Of a DNA stretch of 64,000 bases, positions 34,782-45,364 are shown in pieces (the stretch's first letter is position 1; the number at the start of each line of letters is the position of its first letter). A model generated the notes under the pieces. The model saw only the letters and a program-made list of their open reading frames with translations, was not told the origin of the DNA and searched no databases. This stretch comes from a virus. The position numbers and the translations under genes were made by a program. The stretch covers positions 14,533-78,532 of the IMG/VR virus record IMGVR_UViG_3300049215_000802. One strand, 5' to 3'.

Positions 34782-37552
34782 AGTGACCACTCGAAGGATT
34801 CGTCAGCATCGGTTTTATGTCCGCCGGACAATGCCGTGCCGTCATAGGAAGGAGCCGGAGGAAATAGTGGCGTAGTGGCGTCAAGTGGCGCGTCTTTGGG
34901 AAAAGTGGCGTGAGTGGCGCCAAGTGGCGCGTCTTTCGATAAACCTAAACCATGATTCTTCTCATGTAGAGAGTTTCCCGAAATCACGCCACTTTGCGCC
35001 ATCGCGCCACTATTTGATGCCACTTCATCCTCCTGAAGGGGTCGAATACCTTTCCATAGTCGCGTGCCGCCTGTCCCTTTGGCTGATACGCATCCGTATG
35101 CGCGTAAACGATCGGCCCAGGCACGACCACTGATCGGATTTCGGACGCCGTTTTCTTTGGTCCACTCCTCGTAGAGATCGCGTAATCGCTTCGCCGGCGT
35201 CTCCGCTTGTGCCTCAACGACACAGCAATCACGGACAAAATCGCGCAACGGGTCCATCGTTTGGCGCAGCGACAGGGTCGCGTTTTCGACGATCGGCGGG
35301 ATTCCGAGGCCGTGTTTGGTCCATTCCACGCACCCGCGAACCGCCCAGGCGAGAATCGCCGGGCCCGCCAGCTTCGGATTGCGCAGGGTTTCTTTGACCT
35401 TTGGATCGCGCTTCTCGAGTGGGATCTCGTGTTCGAACGGTAATCGCTTGATCCGGTTCCAGATCGCCTGATCGTCCTCGCGGATCTTCGGCGCGTGGTT
35501 CGCCGCCAGCCAGAGCGTGAAGGACGGGAGGAACTCGAACTCCTGGGCGTAGAGGAAGCGCGCGACAATCACATCCCCGCCGGTAAGGCTCTTGACCAGG
35601 CCCTCGGCAAGCTTCTTCCCCTCGTCGACTTCGACGCTCGTGACGATCCGTGCACCAGCGAGGCGTGCCAGGTCCGGCCGCGGTCCACCGACATCGCGTC
35701 GCGCGAGCCAGGTTTCGAAATCTGCCGACGCTGCATAGTCGCCGAGGGTTGCCTTCAGCGCCTCGATGAGCGTCGTCTTGCCAGCCTTTGACGGACCGTG
35801 CAGGAAGAACAAGACCTCTTCGGGATTCGTTCCGAGTAGGCTGTAGCCAATCGCGCGCTGAAGGAACGCCTGATACTCGACGTCGCCTTCGGTCGCAGTG
35901 TCGAGATAGCTGGTCCACATCGGATGGGCCGCGTTCGCGTCGTAGACGACGGGCGCCTGTTTCGTGATGAGGTAGGCAGGATCGTGCGGGAGCAGCGCGC
36001 CGGTGCGCAAATCGATCGTACCGTTCAGGACGTTGAGGAGGTAGGGATCGGCGTCGAGCTCCTTCGGAACAACCGGGATTGTCGCTTCCGATTGAGCCAG
36101 CCGAATAATCGCCTCGATCGACTTGCGCGATTCGGATTTTCGAGCGTGGTCGACGATCGCCTTCCGGAGCTTCTCGTCCTGGACGTCCGCGGCGTCCCGA
36201 TAGATCGTTCGGACCGTTTCTTTGACCAAACGCTCGATTTCGCCGGTCGCATCGCGCTTCCACCGACTACCATCCCAGACGTACCAGGCGTTCTGGGCAT
36301 AGCAGTAGTGAACGTTCTTGCCGTGGCGATCGACGAAACGCTCAGCGTTACCGAGGTCGGTCAGATGGTAGTAGTCGTCGGACTCTTGAACGGACTCCTT
36401 ATTAGAGGCACTGTCCGTGGTGCTATCGTTCTTCGTCTGACGATACGTTGCCGCGAGCGCTTTACCTGCAGCGTGGAAATCGCCGCCGTGGTTCAGGACG
36501 GCGTAGGCCGCGAACTTGGTGTAGGACGTCTCGGGCTCGAAAAGCGTCGATGTCGAAAAGACGTACAAACAATCACTGCCCTTGTAGTTCGTCGTCGCGC
36601 TAACGCCGTGTGCTTTGTCTGGCCGCGTCCAAAGACCTTTCCCATTCCCCTCTCCGATAAAGCGCCAGCCGTGCGGCTCTAAAATCTCGCGCCAGCTGGT
36701 CTCCGCGTTGAAGCGATCGCCGGGGCGGTCACCGCCTTTCGTCGCCGATGTGAGTGGAATCGGATCATCGATCGCCTTTTTCGGCATCTCGTCGAACGCG
36801 CGCGCCAGGTCGAACAGGCTTTCGCGCTCGTCGGGCGTGATCGTCGCGATCGAGGCAAATCCGCCGGCGAGGAGCTCGTAGGGCTTTCCCGATTGATGCA
36901 CCTTGCCGAAGCTCGGAGCAGTGACGACAAAGCCACCTTCACCGCGGGTCTCGATCAGCACTTCGACTGTTGGCCGGCCGTTCTTGTCTGGTAGGCCTGG
37001 CCGGCGCGCGAGCTTCGTGTTGCCGGCGATCTCGGGACAGACGTACAGCCAGTGAATCCCGCCACCGGGCGTCTTCTCTTCGTAGCCCTGGCGGATTCGT
37101 GCGACCAGCTCGCCGAGTCCGGCAGCCTCGGCCGTGTCGCAGAAGGTCTGGTAGGTTGCGAGGTCGTCGAACTCGAGCACTTCGAGGTTGCCGCTGATCG
37201 CGCCAGCGACGATGCCGAGGCCGGTCAGACCATTCTGGTAGTTAGCGTTGACCTCGTCGGTGGTCATCCGCAGGTGCTGTCGATGGACCCAGGTCCGACC
37301 CTCGCCATCCGGGAGCGCGTCGAGCGCGATCGCGTTCGCGCGCTCCTCGCCGACCACGGGCGCCAGATAGTCGGTCAGGCTCGCGACGGTGAAGTGGCGC
37401 GTCCGCGGCCGCTTCGTCCCGTCTTCGTACGGAGGCAAGACCGAAAGGCCAGCCGCGTGGGCAGCCAGGGCCGCGGCGAGAATACTCGGATCCGTTCCGA
37501 GATCCATTGACAACTCCAAGCCCGCGATGCGAATGGATCTCCGAACTGTCAT
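34778..37552 (-). CDS. Bifunctional primase-polymerase fused to P4/D5-family SF3 helicase
   Basis: GLGIVAGAISGNLEVLEFD, TPGGGIHW, ETRGEGGFVVTAPS; TDLGNAERF, GPSKAGKTT, TGGDVIVARFLY. Confidence 0.9.
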   Translation of the reverse strand: MTVRRSIRIAGLELSMDLGTDPSILAAALAAHAAGLSVLPPYEDGTKRPRTRHFTVASLTDYLAPVVGEERANAIALDALPDGEGRTWVHRQHLRMTTDEVNANYQNGLTGLGIVAGAISGNLEVLEFDDLATYQTFCDTAEAAGLGELVARIRQGYEEKTPGGGIHWLYVCPEIAGNTKLARRPGLPDKNGRPTVEVLIETRGEGGFVVTAPSFGKVHQSGKPYELLAGGFASIATITPDERESLFDLARAFDEMPKKAIDDPIPLTSATKGGDRPGDRFNAETSWREILEPHGWRFIGEGNGKGLWTRPDKAHGVSATTNYKGSDCLYVFSTSTLFEPETSYTKFAAYAVLNHGGDFHAAGKALAATYRQTKNDSTTDSASNKESVQESDDYYHLTDLGNAERFVDRHGKNVHYCYAQNAWYVWDGSRWKRDATGEIERLVKETVRTIYRDAADVQDEKLRKAIVDHARKSESRKSIEAIIRLAQSEATIPVVPKELDADPYLLNVLNGTIDLRTGALLPHDPAYLITKQAPVVYDANAAHPMWTSYLDTATEGDVEYQAFLQRAIGYSLLGTNPEEVLFFLHGPSKAGKTTLIEALKATLGDYAASADFETWLARRDVGGPRPDLARLAGARIVTSVEVDEGKKLAEGLVKSLTGGDVIVARFLYAQEFEFLPSFTLWLAANHAPKIREDDQAIWNRIKRLPFEHEIPLEKRDPKVKETLRNPKLAGPAILAWAVRGCVEWTKHGLGIPPIVENATLSLRQTMDPLRDFVRDCCVVEAQAETPAKRLRDLYEEWTKENGVRNPISGRAWADRLRAYGCVSAKGTGGTRLWKGIRPLQEDEVASNSGAMAQSGVISGNSLHEKNHGLGLSKDAPLGATHATFPKDAPLDATTPLFPPAPSYDGTALSGGHKTDADESFEWSL

Positions 37553-37569
37553 AGTTCGGCGCCAAATAA

Positions 37570-39780
37570 CTAGGCGGTAGCGACGTCGATGCCCATGAAT
37601 GAGAACAGGTCGCCACCTTTGGCTAACTGCTCTGCTTGACGTAGATTCTTGACCGCAACCCGCCAGTACTCGGGTTTCAGCTCGCAACCCCAGAAGCGCC
37701 GTCCACTGAGAATCGACTGATAGCCTTCGCTACCAATGCCACCAAACGGCGATAAGACCAGTTCCCCGCGGTTGCTCCACAGCCGCACGCAGCGTTCAAT
37801 CGTGCCGAGCTGCAACGGACAGATGTGCCGCTCGTCCTTTTCCGACCGCGCCTCGACCACGTTCAGCGTGTCGGATTCCTTGATCCCGTACCAGATCGGA
37901 CGCGCGTACTCGATCCATTGGTCGTTCGTCAGGTCAGGTTGAATGGGCGTCGGGTTGTCGCCGGGCTTGCGAAACAGGATGATGTAGTCGGCGAAGGCCG
38001 GCCGTGACCAACTAGAATCCTTCCGAAACTGCGCGAACAGCAACCCTTTCGAGTGGGTCCGAATCGCCTGCGCCTGCGGGTCTTTGTCGATGCACACCTC
38101 GCCGTGGTAGACAAAGCCCTGGCTCTCGAAGTGGCGGATCAGGTCGCCGCGGAAGTCCTTCATTCCGATCACGCCGTCACTCGCCAGATGCGAAGCGAGC
38201 TGCTGGCAGTGGCAGCAGATGTTGCGCCCTGGCTTCATCACGCGCAGCAACTCGCGGGTGATGAAGCCAAAGTGCTCGAAGAACTCGGCATAGTCGCGGC
38301 CGTTGCCCAGGTCACGTTCACTCGCCGAATAGGTGTACAGTTGCGCGAACGGCGGTGAGAAGATCGACAGGTCCACGCTCGAGTCGGCTAGCTCCTTGAG
38401 TCGTTCCGCCGAATCCCCCAAGTGCATGGTCCAGTCGTGACCGCTGGCTGTCTTTTCCTCGTAGACAAAAGAATCCACGCGCCCGCTCCTGATTTCGGCC
38501 CGCTCAAACTCCGCGACGTTCGCAATCAACTCCCGCGCGATGGCATCCGCGTCGGCTTCCTTCCGTACGATATTCTGGTAGATGGCTTCCTCGGCATCCG
38601 ACAACACGACGTAGGCAGTCACTGGCTGCGTCTGCCCAAACCGCCAGCTTCGCCGAATCGCTTGGTAGTACTGCTCGTAACTGTCCGACAAGCCCACGAA
38701 GGCCATGCGGCTGGCGCACTGCAAGTTCAGTCCGTGTCCAATGATCGACGGCTTGCTAATCAGCACCCGCGCGCCGCCATCGAGAAACGTCGTGATGCGT
38801 TCCTCTTTCTGCTGGATCGTCTGCCCGCCTTCGATAATCAGCGCCTCTTCAATCAGCCGATGGAGCGCGTGCCCTTCCTCGTTCAGCCCACACCAGATGA
38901 TCCACTGGTGCCCCTTGTCGCGGTTCACCATCTGCGCGGTTCGGAACACTCGATCGTTGAGTGTTGAGCGCCGTACCTTCGCGCGGTCGGTGACGCCCTT
39001 TAACCCTGTCGAGAACAGTTGGCCTTCTGGCACGTAATCACTCGCGACGATCACCGGTGCGATGGTCAGCGCTGGTAGGTTGTACCCATCGTCGGCGTAT
39101 CCCAAATCGGATGGCTTCCGCAGCGCCATTGCCCACGACGCGAGCCATTGGTAGAACGGCTCCCGCGCGTGGCCCTTCAGCCGCCAGCCCTCGTCGTCGT
39201 GGACGAAGTAGGTCGCGAGCATTTCCTGACGGGTCATCACGCCCAGGAATTCGGCGTGGTTGGCGATCTCAGTATGATCGTTGGGCGCCGGCGTCGCCGT
39301 GCAGCACAGTCGGTACGGCGTGTCTTTGAACGCCTCAATCAGTGCTTTTCGCGTTTTACCTTCGAAGTTCTTGAGAATCGAACTTTCGTCCAGTACGACC
39401 GCGCCAAACGTCGACGGGTCCATCTTGTCGAGCATCTCGTAGTTCGTCACCACGATCCGCCCGCGCACGTCCCGCTGGTGGCGTACGTACTGGACGTTCA
39501 CGCCCAGCTTCGCCGCTTCGCGCACGGTCTGCTGTGCCACCGCTAGCGGCGCGAGTATCAGCGTCGGTACTCCGATCAGCCGTGCCCACTCGACTTGCTG
39601 AAACGTCTTACCGAGGCCGCAATCCTCGAACAGTGCCGCGCGCCCCTTGCGAAGCGCCCACCTAACCATGTCGCGCTGGAAGGGAAAGAGCAGCGGGTTG
39701 ATTCGGTCAACGCTGACTTCGATGCCACTGGCTTGCACTGTAACTTGCTTCGACGCCAGGAAATCCGTGTAGTCGCTCAC
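37570..39780 (-). CDS. SNF2-like helicase fused to N4/N6 DNA methyltransferase
   Basis: DCGLGKT, LDESS, GHGLNLQ, QAIRRSWRFGQ; C-terminal SPPF and LSPFGGIGSEG (beta-class order). Confidence 0.88.
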   Translation of the reverse strand: MSDYTDFLASKQVTVQASGIEVSVDRINPLLFPFQRDMVRWALRKGRAALFEDCGLGKTFQQVEWARLIGVPTLILAPLAVAQQTVREAAKLGVNVQYVRHQRDVRGRIVVTNYEMLDKMDPSTFGAVVLDESSILKNFEGKTRKALIEAFKDTPYRLCCTATPAPNDHTEIANHAEFLGVMTRQEMLATYFVHDDEGWRLKGHAREPFYQWLASWAMALRKPSDLGYADDGYNLPALTIAPVIVASDYVPEGQLFSTGLKGVTDRAKVRRSTLNDRVFRTAQMVNRDKGHQWIIWCGLNEEGHALHRLIEEALIIEGGQTIQQKEERITTFLDGGARVLISKPSIIGHGLNLQCASRMAFVGLSDSYEQYYQAIRRSWRFGQTQPVTAYVVLSDAEEAIYQNIVRKEADADAIARELIANVAEFERAEIRSGRVDSFVYEEKTASGHDWTMHLGDSAERLKELADSSVDLSIFSPPFAQLYTYSASERDLGNGRDYAEFFEHFGFITRELLRVMKPGRNICCHCQQLASHLASDGVIGMKDFRGDLIRHFESQGFVYHGEVCIDKDPQAQAIRTHSKGLLFAQFRKDSSWSRPAFADYIILFRKPGDNPTPIQPDLTNDQWIEYARPIWYGIKESDTLNVVEARSEKDERHICPLQLGTIERCVRLWSNRGELVLSPFGGIGSEGYQSILSGRRFWGCELKPEYWRVAVKNLRQAEQLAKGGDLFSFMGIDVATA

Positions 39781-40082
39781 GTTTCGGACTCGAGCCGCTG
39801 GATCGTTTCGTCAATAACCTCGATCATTCCCGCCTTGCCGAGTGTTCGCTCAGCATCTTCGACTGACCGAAACCCCCGAAGCCGCACGGTGTGCGCGAGG
39901 TCAACGAATGCCTCGGACGAATCCACACCGATGTACGCTTTCGGCCACGCTGCCGAAAAGCTATCGAACTGCGGGGTTTTATCGTTGGTATCCTCCGACG
40001 GCACCAGGTGCCGTCGGAGCCAACGCAACGCCCGCAGTGAACGCTGCTGGACCGTCGAAACATCAGTTGTCATCAAACTCAC
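39777..40082 (-). CDS. Hypothetical protein
   Basis: Coupled between the two methylase genes. Confidence 0.45.
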   Translation of the reverse strand: MSLMTTDVSTVQQRSLRALRWLRRHLVPSEDTNDKTPQFDSFSAAWPKAYIGVDSSEAFVDLAHTVRLRGFRSVEDAERTLGKAGMIEVIDETIQRLESET

Positions 40083-40891
40083 TCCAAAACTCGATCAGCC
40101 ACATCAGCCACAAGCGTGGTATGGTCGGTAGTGTGGGAAGAGATCGCCTTCCGAATAGCGCGAGCGATTGCACGGCCGGTGAAAAGCGGCACACCGTTAC
40201 CGATAACCTGATATTTTCCGCTCGCCGTAAACGGTGCATCTTTGAGAAAATCTCGCGGCAACCCCTGGAGTTCGGCACATCGCTCCACTGTACGTCTGGG
40301 CGTCTGTCCTGCCAGGACAGACGCGGCTCGCTTCATTCGCGGGCTAATACCGTTTCGTAGTTCTTCCTGAGATTTAGCTAGCGCTCCTTCCTTGCTAGAC
40401 GTCGCGACAACCGCTCGCTCATAACTCGGATTTTCCATAGCACAACACTCGATCTGGATACGCCGACCGTCTCGCGTGCCAAAGGCAAACAGGCGTTCGC
40501 GGTTCTGCTCGGGCGCTTCGGGTGCCCATCGGTTGTTGTACAGGTGCGCGTCGATCAAATAGCCATCGACGTTAGGCACGGGAGCCTGCGGCACGTTCTC
40601 CATCAGGAACCACTCGGGCTGAGCTTCGCGGATCACCCGCTCAAACTCCGGTATCAGGTTCGGCTTGGGCGTCTGTCCCTTTGCTCGAACAATATGGACT
40701 AGTCGCGAAAAAGACTGGCACGGGGGCCCTCCGATCACACCCGCGAATACGCCCGCAGGCGGATGGAAGCTGTGAATGTCGCCACCCCATAGCACATCGG
40801 GACCGCGGACCACCGTGAAGCCCTCCTCCTCGAAGGCCCGGCCGAGTAGGTCGATGCCTGGAAAGATCGAGAGAATGAGTGGTGCACTCAC
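40079..40891 (-). CDS. C5-cytosine DNA methyltransferase
   Basis: FPGID motif I variant, GGPPCQSFS, ENV, RER, GNGVP. Confidence 0.9.
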   Translation of the reverse strand: MSAPLILSIFPGIDLLGRAFEEEGFTVVRGPDVLWGGDIHSFHPPAGVFAGVIGGPPCQSFSRLVHIVRAKGQTPKPNLIPEFERVIREAQPEWFLMENVPQAPVPNVDGYLIDAHLYNNRWAPEAPEQNRERLFAFGTRDGRRIQIECCAMENPSYERAVVATSSKEGALAKSQEELRNGISPRMKRAASVLAGQTPRRTVERCAELQGLPRDFLKDAPFTASGKYQVIGNGVPLFTGRAIARAIRKAISSHTTDHTTLVADVADRVLE

Positions 40892-41136
40892 CCGAATGCC
40901 ACCAGAAATTCTTGGTCGTTCAGCGCATCGGCCCATTCCTGGCTGTCGAATCTGCTGGCCGGTGATACGGGGAACAGCGGAAGATCCGCGTGGCTCGCGT
41001 CGGCCTGCTCTTCGAGGTAGATGTGGATGCGAGTCGACATGATTTCGTCTTGAACGTGCGCGAGCAGCCGTTCGAGAATTGCCTCTTCCTCGCGAGCCAG
41101 CTCAAGGTCGCGTCGTAGTCCAGCCAACCCTTTCAC
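40888..41136 (-). CDS. Hypothetical protein
   Basis: GTGA-coupled ORF. Confidence 0.4.
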   Translation of the reverse strand: MKGLAGLRRDLELAREEEAILERLLAHVQDEIMSTRIHIYLEEQADASHADLPLFPVSPASRFDSQEWADALNDQEFLVAFG

Positions 41137-41369
41137 CGGAACAACTCCTGCATCTCCTTTTCGAGCTTTGCCGCGCTCGCCTTCGGAAGCTCCTTCTGGA
41201 GCAAGTCGACATCGACGACAACCGTTTTGCCGAAATAGCCGGCCGCGTCGCCGACAACATCAGGTGTGACGATCGCCTCAACGGTCAGCGTCAGGACCGC
41301 GACCGGTTCATCGGTCTCGACCTTTGGCGGCTTCGCAGTAATCGCGCTGATCTTGCCTCGCAGCTCCAC
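41133..41369 (-). CDS. Hypothetical protein
   Basis: GTG start with GGAGAG RBS. Confidence 0.5.
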   Translation of the reverse strand: MELRGKISAITAKPPKVETDEPVAVLTLTVEAIVTPDVVGDAAGYFGKTVVVDVDLLQKELPKASAAKLEKEMQELFR

Positions 41370-41423
41370 TGTCTCTCTCCCGCAAAAGATCAGGCCGGCT
41401 CGATCGAGCCGGCCTGTCCGAAT

Positions 41424-44400
41424 CTAGCCCGCGCCGAAGAAAGCCCGCACGACGTCGAGTGACCGCGTCTGTTTGGCCGGCGGAAGGCTCCGAATAATCC
41501 CGGTCCCGTAGCCCTTCGTCGTCAGTCGGCCGTCGAGCAACGCGACCACGCCGCGATCGCTCTTGGTACGAATGAGCCGGCCGAAGCCTTGCTTGAACTG
41601 GATCGCACAGAGCGGAAGCGCCAGCCCGCTGAACCACGCCCACTTGTCGTTCTTCTGGCGATTCAGCAGATCGCAGCGCGCCTGATAGACCGGCTCGTCG
41701 GGTGTGGGGAATGGCAGCTTGTCGATGATGACGAGCGAGAGCGCTTCCCCCTGGACGTCGACGCCGGCCCAGAATGTCCGAAGCCCGAACAGAACTGCGT
41801 GGCCGTCCTCGCGGAATCGGCGAATTGTTTCCTGCGTTCCGAACTCGCCCTGGCGCAAGACGGTCCAGCGCAGCCGTGAATCGAGCCGGTTGTAGACCTC
41901 GTCGAGCGCCTTTCGGCTCGTGAACAGGCAGAACGCTCGGCCGTCCGAAGCTAGGAGCAACGCCTCGATCTCGTTGGCGAGCCGATCGAAATACTCGATC
42001 GAGCCATCCTCGCGAAACTTCGACGGATCGAATGCGCTGCCATTGGCCGGCAGGTAGAGGAGCGCGTTGCGGCCAAAGTCGAACGGGGAATCAACGATGA
42101 TCTCGCGGCCGTTTTCACAGCCGGTTCGACCGCGGAAATAGCTGAAGTTCCCGTGCGTCGAGAGCGTCGCCGACGTCGCGACGGTCGGCCACCGTGTCCA
42201 TAACGCGCGATCGAGATCCTCCGCGACCGAGATCGGCGCGCACCTGAGCGCCGTCGTCGTGTTGCCCTTGCGTCCGACTGACTTCTCGACAAACGTCACG
42301 TGGGTATCGGCATCGCCCTGAAGCACCTGGCCGAACACATCGGCCCAGCCGCGGATCCGGCTCGCGTAGTTTTCGAGCTGCTTTGCGTTGCGGGTCGGCT
42401 CAAGGTCTTTTAGATTCGGATCAAAGCTAATTCCGGTTAGGGGTTCATCGGTCGCCGCCCGCTTCGCCTGGCCGGCCAGCGCAAGAAGCGCCAACCGCAC
42501 CTTTTCGGCGCGCGACGTGAGCCGTTCAGTCGCGGTGACAGAAAACGTCTGCCGTTGATCCGGTGCGAACTGCGCGAAGAACTCTTCGCTGGCCTCGCGT
42601 GCCGTGGCCATCTGCTCATCGGTGAAGCCAGCCTTGATCGGAAGCTTTCCGCGCAGCAACGACGGCACGGTCCAGTTCGTCGCCTCGATCGTGAACGCTT
42701 TGGTCGCGACGTCTTCGAGCGAGTGCGCTTCGTCGACGACAATCAGGTCACGATCAGGAAGAACGGCAACGCCGTCACTCGTCTTATCGCGCAAGGCAAG
42801 GTCGAGGCTGAGAAGAGTGTGGTTGACGACGATGACGTCGGCATCTTTCGCCGCGGCGCGCGCCTTCATCGCGAAGCAGGCATCGTACAGCGGGCACTCT
42901 TTGCCGAGGCACTCATCGGTCGTCGAGGTCACGTTACTCCGCAGCTCGGGCGTGATCGTGAACGTCAGTTCGGCGAGATCGCCAACGAGCGTCTCCTCGG
43001 CCCATTTGTCGATTTGGGAAAACTCCCACGATTGGCCGAGCGCGAGCTGCGCGCCGCGTTCCTCGTCGAGTTTGAACAGGCAGAGATAGTTGCTCAGCCC
43101 CTTGAGGACAGCAAACTGGAACTGGACTGGCAAAACGTTTTTGAGAAAGGGCAGGTCCTTGCTGCAGTTGTGAGACGCCAAGCCCTCGGCAATGTAGGTC
43201 CGCGATGACGTTCGAATAGCTCGAACTGTTTTAGTCCCAACGAAGGTTTTTCGGATGACGCGGTTACCATTCGCACTGTCACCGCTAACGGCCGGGATAG
43301 TTCCAACAAGATCTGGGTTGAACTTCTCCAACAACCGAGCCGGCCTAACTTGCCCCAGAAACCGCAGCATGTCCTTGCGATTGCCGAAGTAAAGGGCGAA
43401 CATATCCTTGTGGCCCTCATCAGATCGCGTATGAAGCTGCGCCCGATAATCGAAGCCAAGTGCGGTTAGATAGCCACGAACGCGGTCAAGCATTGCGTTG
43501 GGCGACTGCGCGAACGCTAGGTGATTCGAGTGGCCGCCAGCGAGATTAGTCACTTTCTTCTGACTGAGATGGCCTTCGCCGTCAAAAGCCGCAGCGAGAT
43601 AGCCGGCCTCGTAGCTTGTATCTATCTCCCACACGTCGGCAATTCGGATAATCTTTGAACCAAGCCGCTTACCAGCCGTTGAACAAAGTTGCTCCGTCGT
43701 CATCCATTTGATTTCCATGCGGTGCCCGACCAACCAGCGATGCTCGTCTGAACAGGTTACAGTCGTTCCGTCTTCGAGTTCGATTTCGTAACAGGGGCGC
43801 TCGATGTCCTGGACCGATTCAACGACGGAATCGCAAAAATGGCGGCGATTACCGACTCGCTCCTCTTCAAAGGCAAGAAGGTGCATCCCTTCGGTAATGT
43901 CCTTGGCCGGAATGTAACGGAGATCGGCGGTCAGAATCTTTGTCTCAGGCGCAACGCAAAGCTGATCCTGAAGCGCTTTGCCTTCGGTCGAGACGATCGT
44001 TTTCTTCCCGGAGTAGATCGCAGGGATCAGGTAAGCTAGGCTTTTGCCGGTCCCGGTCCCCGCTTCGGCCAGGACGTTTTCGCCGTGAACCATGCCATCG
44101 GCAATCGCCTGCGCCAGCTGGACCTGGGTGGGCCGGCTCTCGTAGCCCGGCATCCGCTCGGCGATGACACCATTCGGCCCGAGGATCGCGGCCATATCGA
44201 GACGCGGCACATCATCGGTTTCGTCTTCGACGGACGCGAGGCTGTTGACCGGAACGGCGATCTCGTCGTCGTCCTCGTCGTCTTCGTCGTCGGGTATTGC
44301 GTGTGCCGCGCGCTCGAGCGTCTCCAGATTAAAGCCCAACTCGCCCAACTGACGGTGATACCGACGTAGCAGGCGAAGCAGGGCAAATCCCTGATCGCGC

Positions 44401-44567
44401 GTGACGCGCCCGGTCGCATCGACCTCGCTGAGGATGGCCGCGGCGCGCGGGTAGTCGAACGCGCTGAACCCGACGTTGTTGCGATCGATCGGAACGCCGC
44501 CGTCGTCACCGCGGTGCAGGAGACTGTCGGCGACGCGAACGAGCGGGTTATCCAGGTGCGTGATCAT
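41424..44567 (-). CDS. dinG: DinG-family helicase containing an intein
   Basis: Q motif RPTQ, EAGTGTGKS, Fe-S Cys residues, DEAH, SATL, CLFTS, FWAGVDV, KLPF, QGFGRLIR. Confidence 0.9.
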   Translation of the reverse strand: MITHLDNPLVRVADSLLHRGDDGGVPIDRNNVGFSAFDYPRAAAILSEVDATGRVTRDQGFALLRLLRRYHRQLGELGFNLETLERAAHAIPDDEDDEDDDEIAVPVNSLASVEDETDDVPRLDMAAILGPNGVIAERMPGYESRPTQVQLAQAIADGMVHGENVLAEAGTGTGKSLAYLIPAIYSGKKTIVSTEGKALQDQLCVAPETKILTADLRYIPAKDITEGMHLLAFEEERVGNRRHFCDSVVESVQDIERPCYEIELEDGTTVTCSDEHRWLVGHRMEIKWMTTEQLCSTAGKRLGSKIIRIADVWEIDTSYEAGYLAAAFDGEGHLSQKKVTNLAGGHSNHLAFAQSPNAMLDRVRGYLTALGFDYRAQLHTRSDEGHKDMFALYFGNRKDMLRFLGQVRPARLLEKFNPDLVGTIPAVSGDSANGNRVIRKTFVGTKTVRAIRTSSRTYIAEGLASHNCSKDLPFLKNVLPVQFQFAVLKGLSNYLCLFKLDEERGAQLALGQSWEFSQIDKWAEETLVGDLAELTFTITPELRSNVTSTTDECLGKECPLYDACFAMKARAAAKDADVIVVNHTLLSLDLALRDKTSDGVAVLPDRDLIVVDEAHSLEDVATKAFTIEATNWTVPSLLRGKLPIKAGFTDEQMATAREASEEFFAQFAPDQRQTFSVTATERLTSRAEKVRLALLALAGQAKRAATDEPLTGISFDPNLKDLEPTRNAKQLENYASRIRGWADVFGQVLQGDADTHVTFVEKSVGRKGNTTTALRCAPISVAEDLDRALWTRWPTVATSATLSTHGNFSYFRGRTGCENGREIIVDSPFDFGRNALLYLPANGSAFDPSKFREDGSIEYFDRLANEIEALLLASDGRAFCLFTSRKALDEVYNRLDSRLRWTVLRQGEFGTQETIRRFREDGHAVLFGLRTFWAGVDVQGEALSLVIIDKLPFPTPDEPVYQARCDLLNRQKNDKWAWFSGLALPLCAIQFKQGFGRLIRTKSDRGVVALLDGRLTTKGYGTGIIRSLPPAKQTRSLDVVRAFFGAG
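43167..43958 (-). mobile_element. Intein (264 aa) with LAGLIDADG-type endonuclease motif
   Basis: Starts CVAPETKIL, block B TCSDEHRW, YLAAAFDGEGHL, ends ASHN before extein Cys; splicing restores ALQDQL-CSKDLP. Confidence 0.88.
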
Positions 44568-44652
44568 CTGCGCTATACTCCAACCGTCCAGGGTCTGTGA
44601 AGGGGTCTGGACAAGAAGTCGGGGAAGGTGATGACTTCCCCGGCTTCGGCGT

Positions 44653-45306
44653 TTAGAACGGCAAGTCTGGATCGTCGTCGACCGGATTGTCAGCCAACTT
44701 GTTCAGCAGCTCCGGATCGTGCCGCTTGAAGCACTCGATCAGCTTTTCGCGATTCGGCTTTTCGTACTCGTCGAGCGCCTGCGGCGTGACATTGACGTAG
44801 ACGCCGCCGTTCGGATTCGCGGCGTGCTCGACGATGCCACGGAAAACCATCCCCTTGAACCAGTCCGGATCGAGCGTGCCGCCGGCCAGGAGCCACTTCT
44901 TCATATCGCTCTTGACCAGCATCCCGCCGACGTCGGCGCAGAAGTCGAACAGCTTCGACGAGTGGAACGTGCCCTGGCGATCGACCCAGCCCCAGGTGTA
45001 ATTTCCGCTGTGCCAGCACGTAATCGACTGTTCCTGTCCCTCGGCGAGCTTGGACTTCGTCTTCTCCTTCAGCTTGATCGCGTGCTCCTCGACCAATTTG
45101 CAGGTGAAGAGCACCCGCGGATAGGTCTTCTGCGGCTTGCCGTCCGGCCCCTTCTTGCCTTCGAGCGGTGCCTTCATCGTGGTGAGCTCGATGTGCATCC
45201 GGAACTTACCCTCGGGAACCGGCGCGAAGTCGGATCCTTCGCCGCCGCCCTGGCTCAGTCCCTTTGGCTCGTAGTCGATGCCTTGCCGTGTTGCCGTGTC
45301 GGTCAT
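44653..45306 (-). CDS. Putative ssDNA-binding protein (DUF669-like)
   Basis: DFAPVPEGKF N-terminus and acidic DDDPDLPF C-terminal tail. Confidence 0.55.
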   Translation of the reverse strand: MTDTATRQGIDYEPKGLSQGGGEGSDFAPVPEGKFRMHIELTTMKAPLEGKKGPDGKPQKTYPRVLFTCKLVEEHAIKLKEKTKSKLAEGQEQSITCWHSGNYTWGWVDRQGTFHSSKLFDFCADVGGMLVKSDMKKWLLAGGTLDPDWFKGMVFRGIVEHAANPNGGVYVNVTPQALDEYEKPNREKLIECFKRHDPELLNKLADNPVDDDPDLPF

Positions 45307-45364
45307 TTTGCTTATCTCCGTGGCCTCTTCTGGCCGGCCACCAGCCGATTCGTGCTCAGCCGAA

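Noticed and set aside
44615-44647. Hairpin after the ssb-like gene as a novel RNA
   Set aside because: It is a simple 13-bp stem-loop at a gene end, best explained as an ordinary weak terminator.
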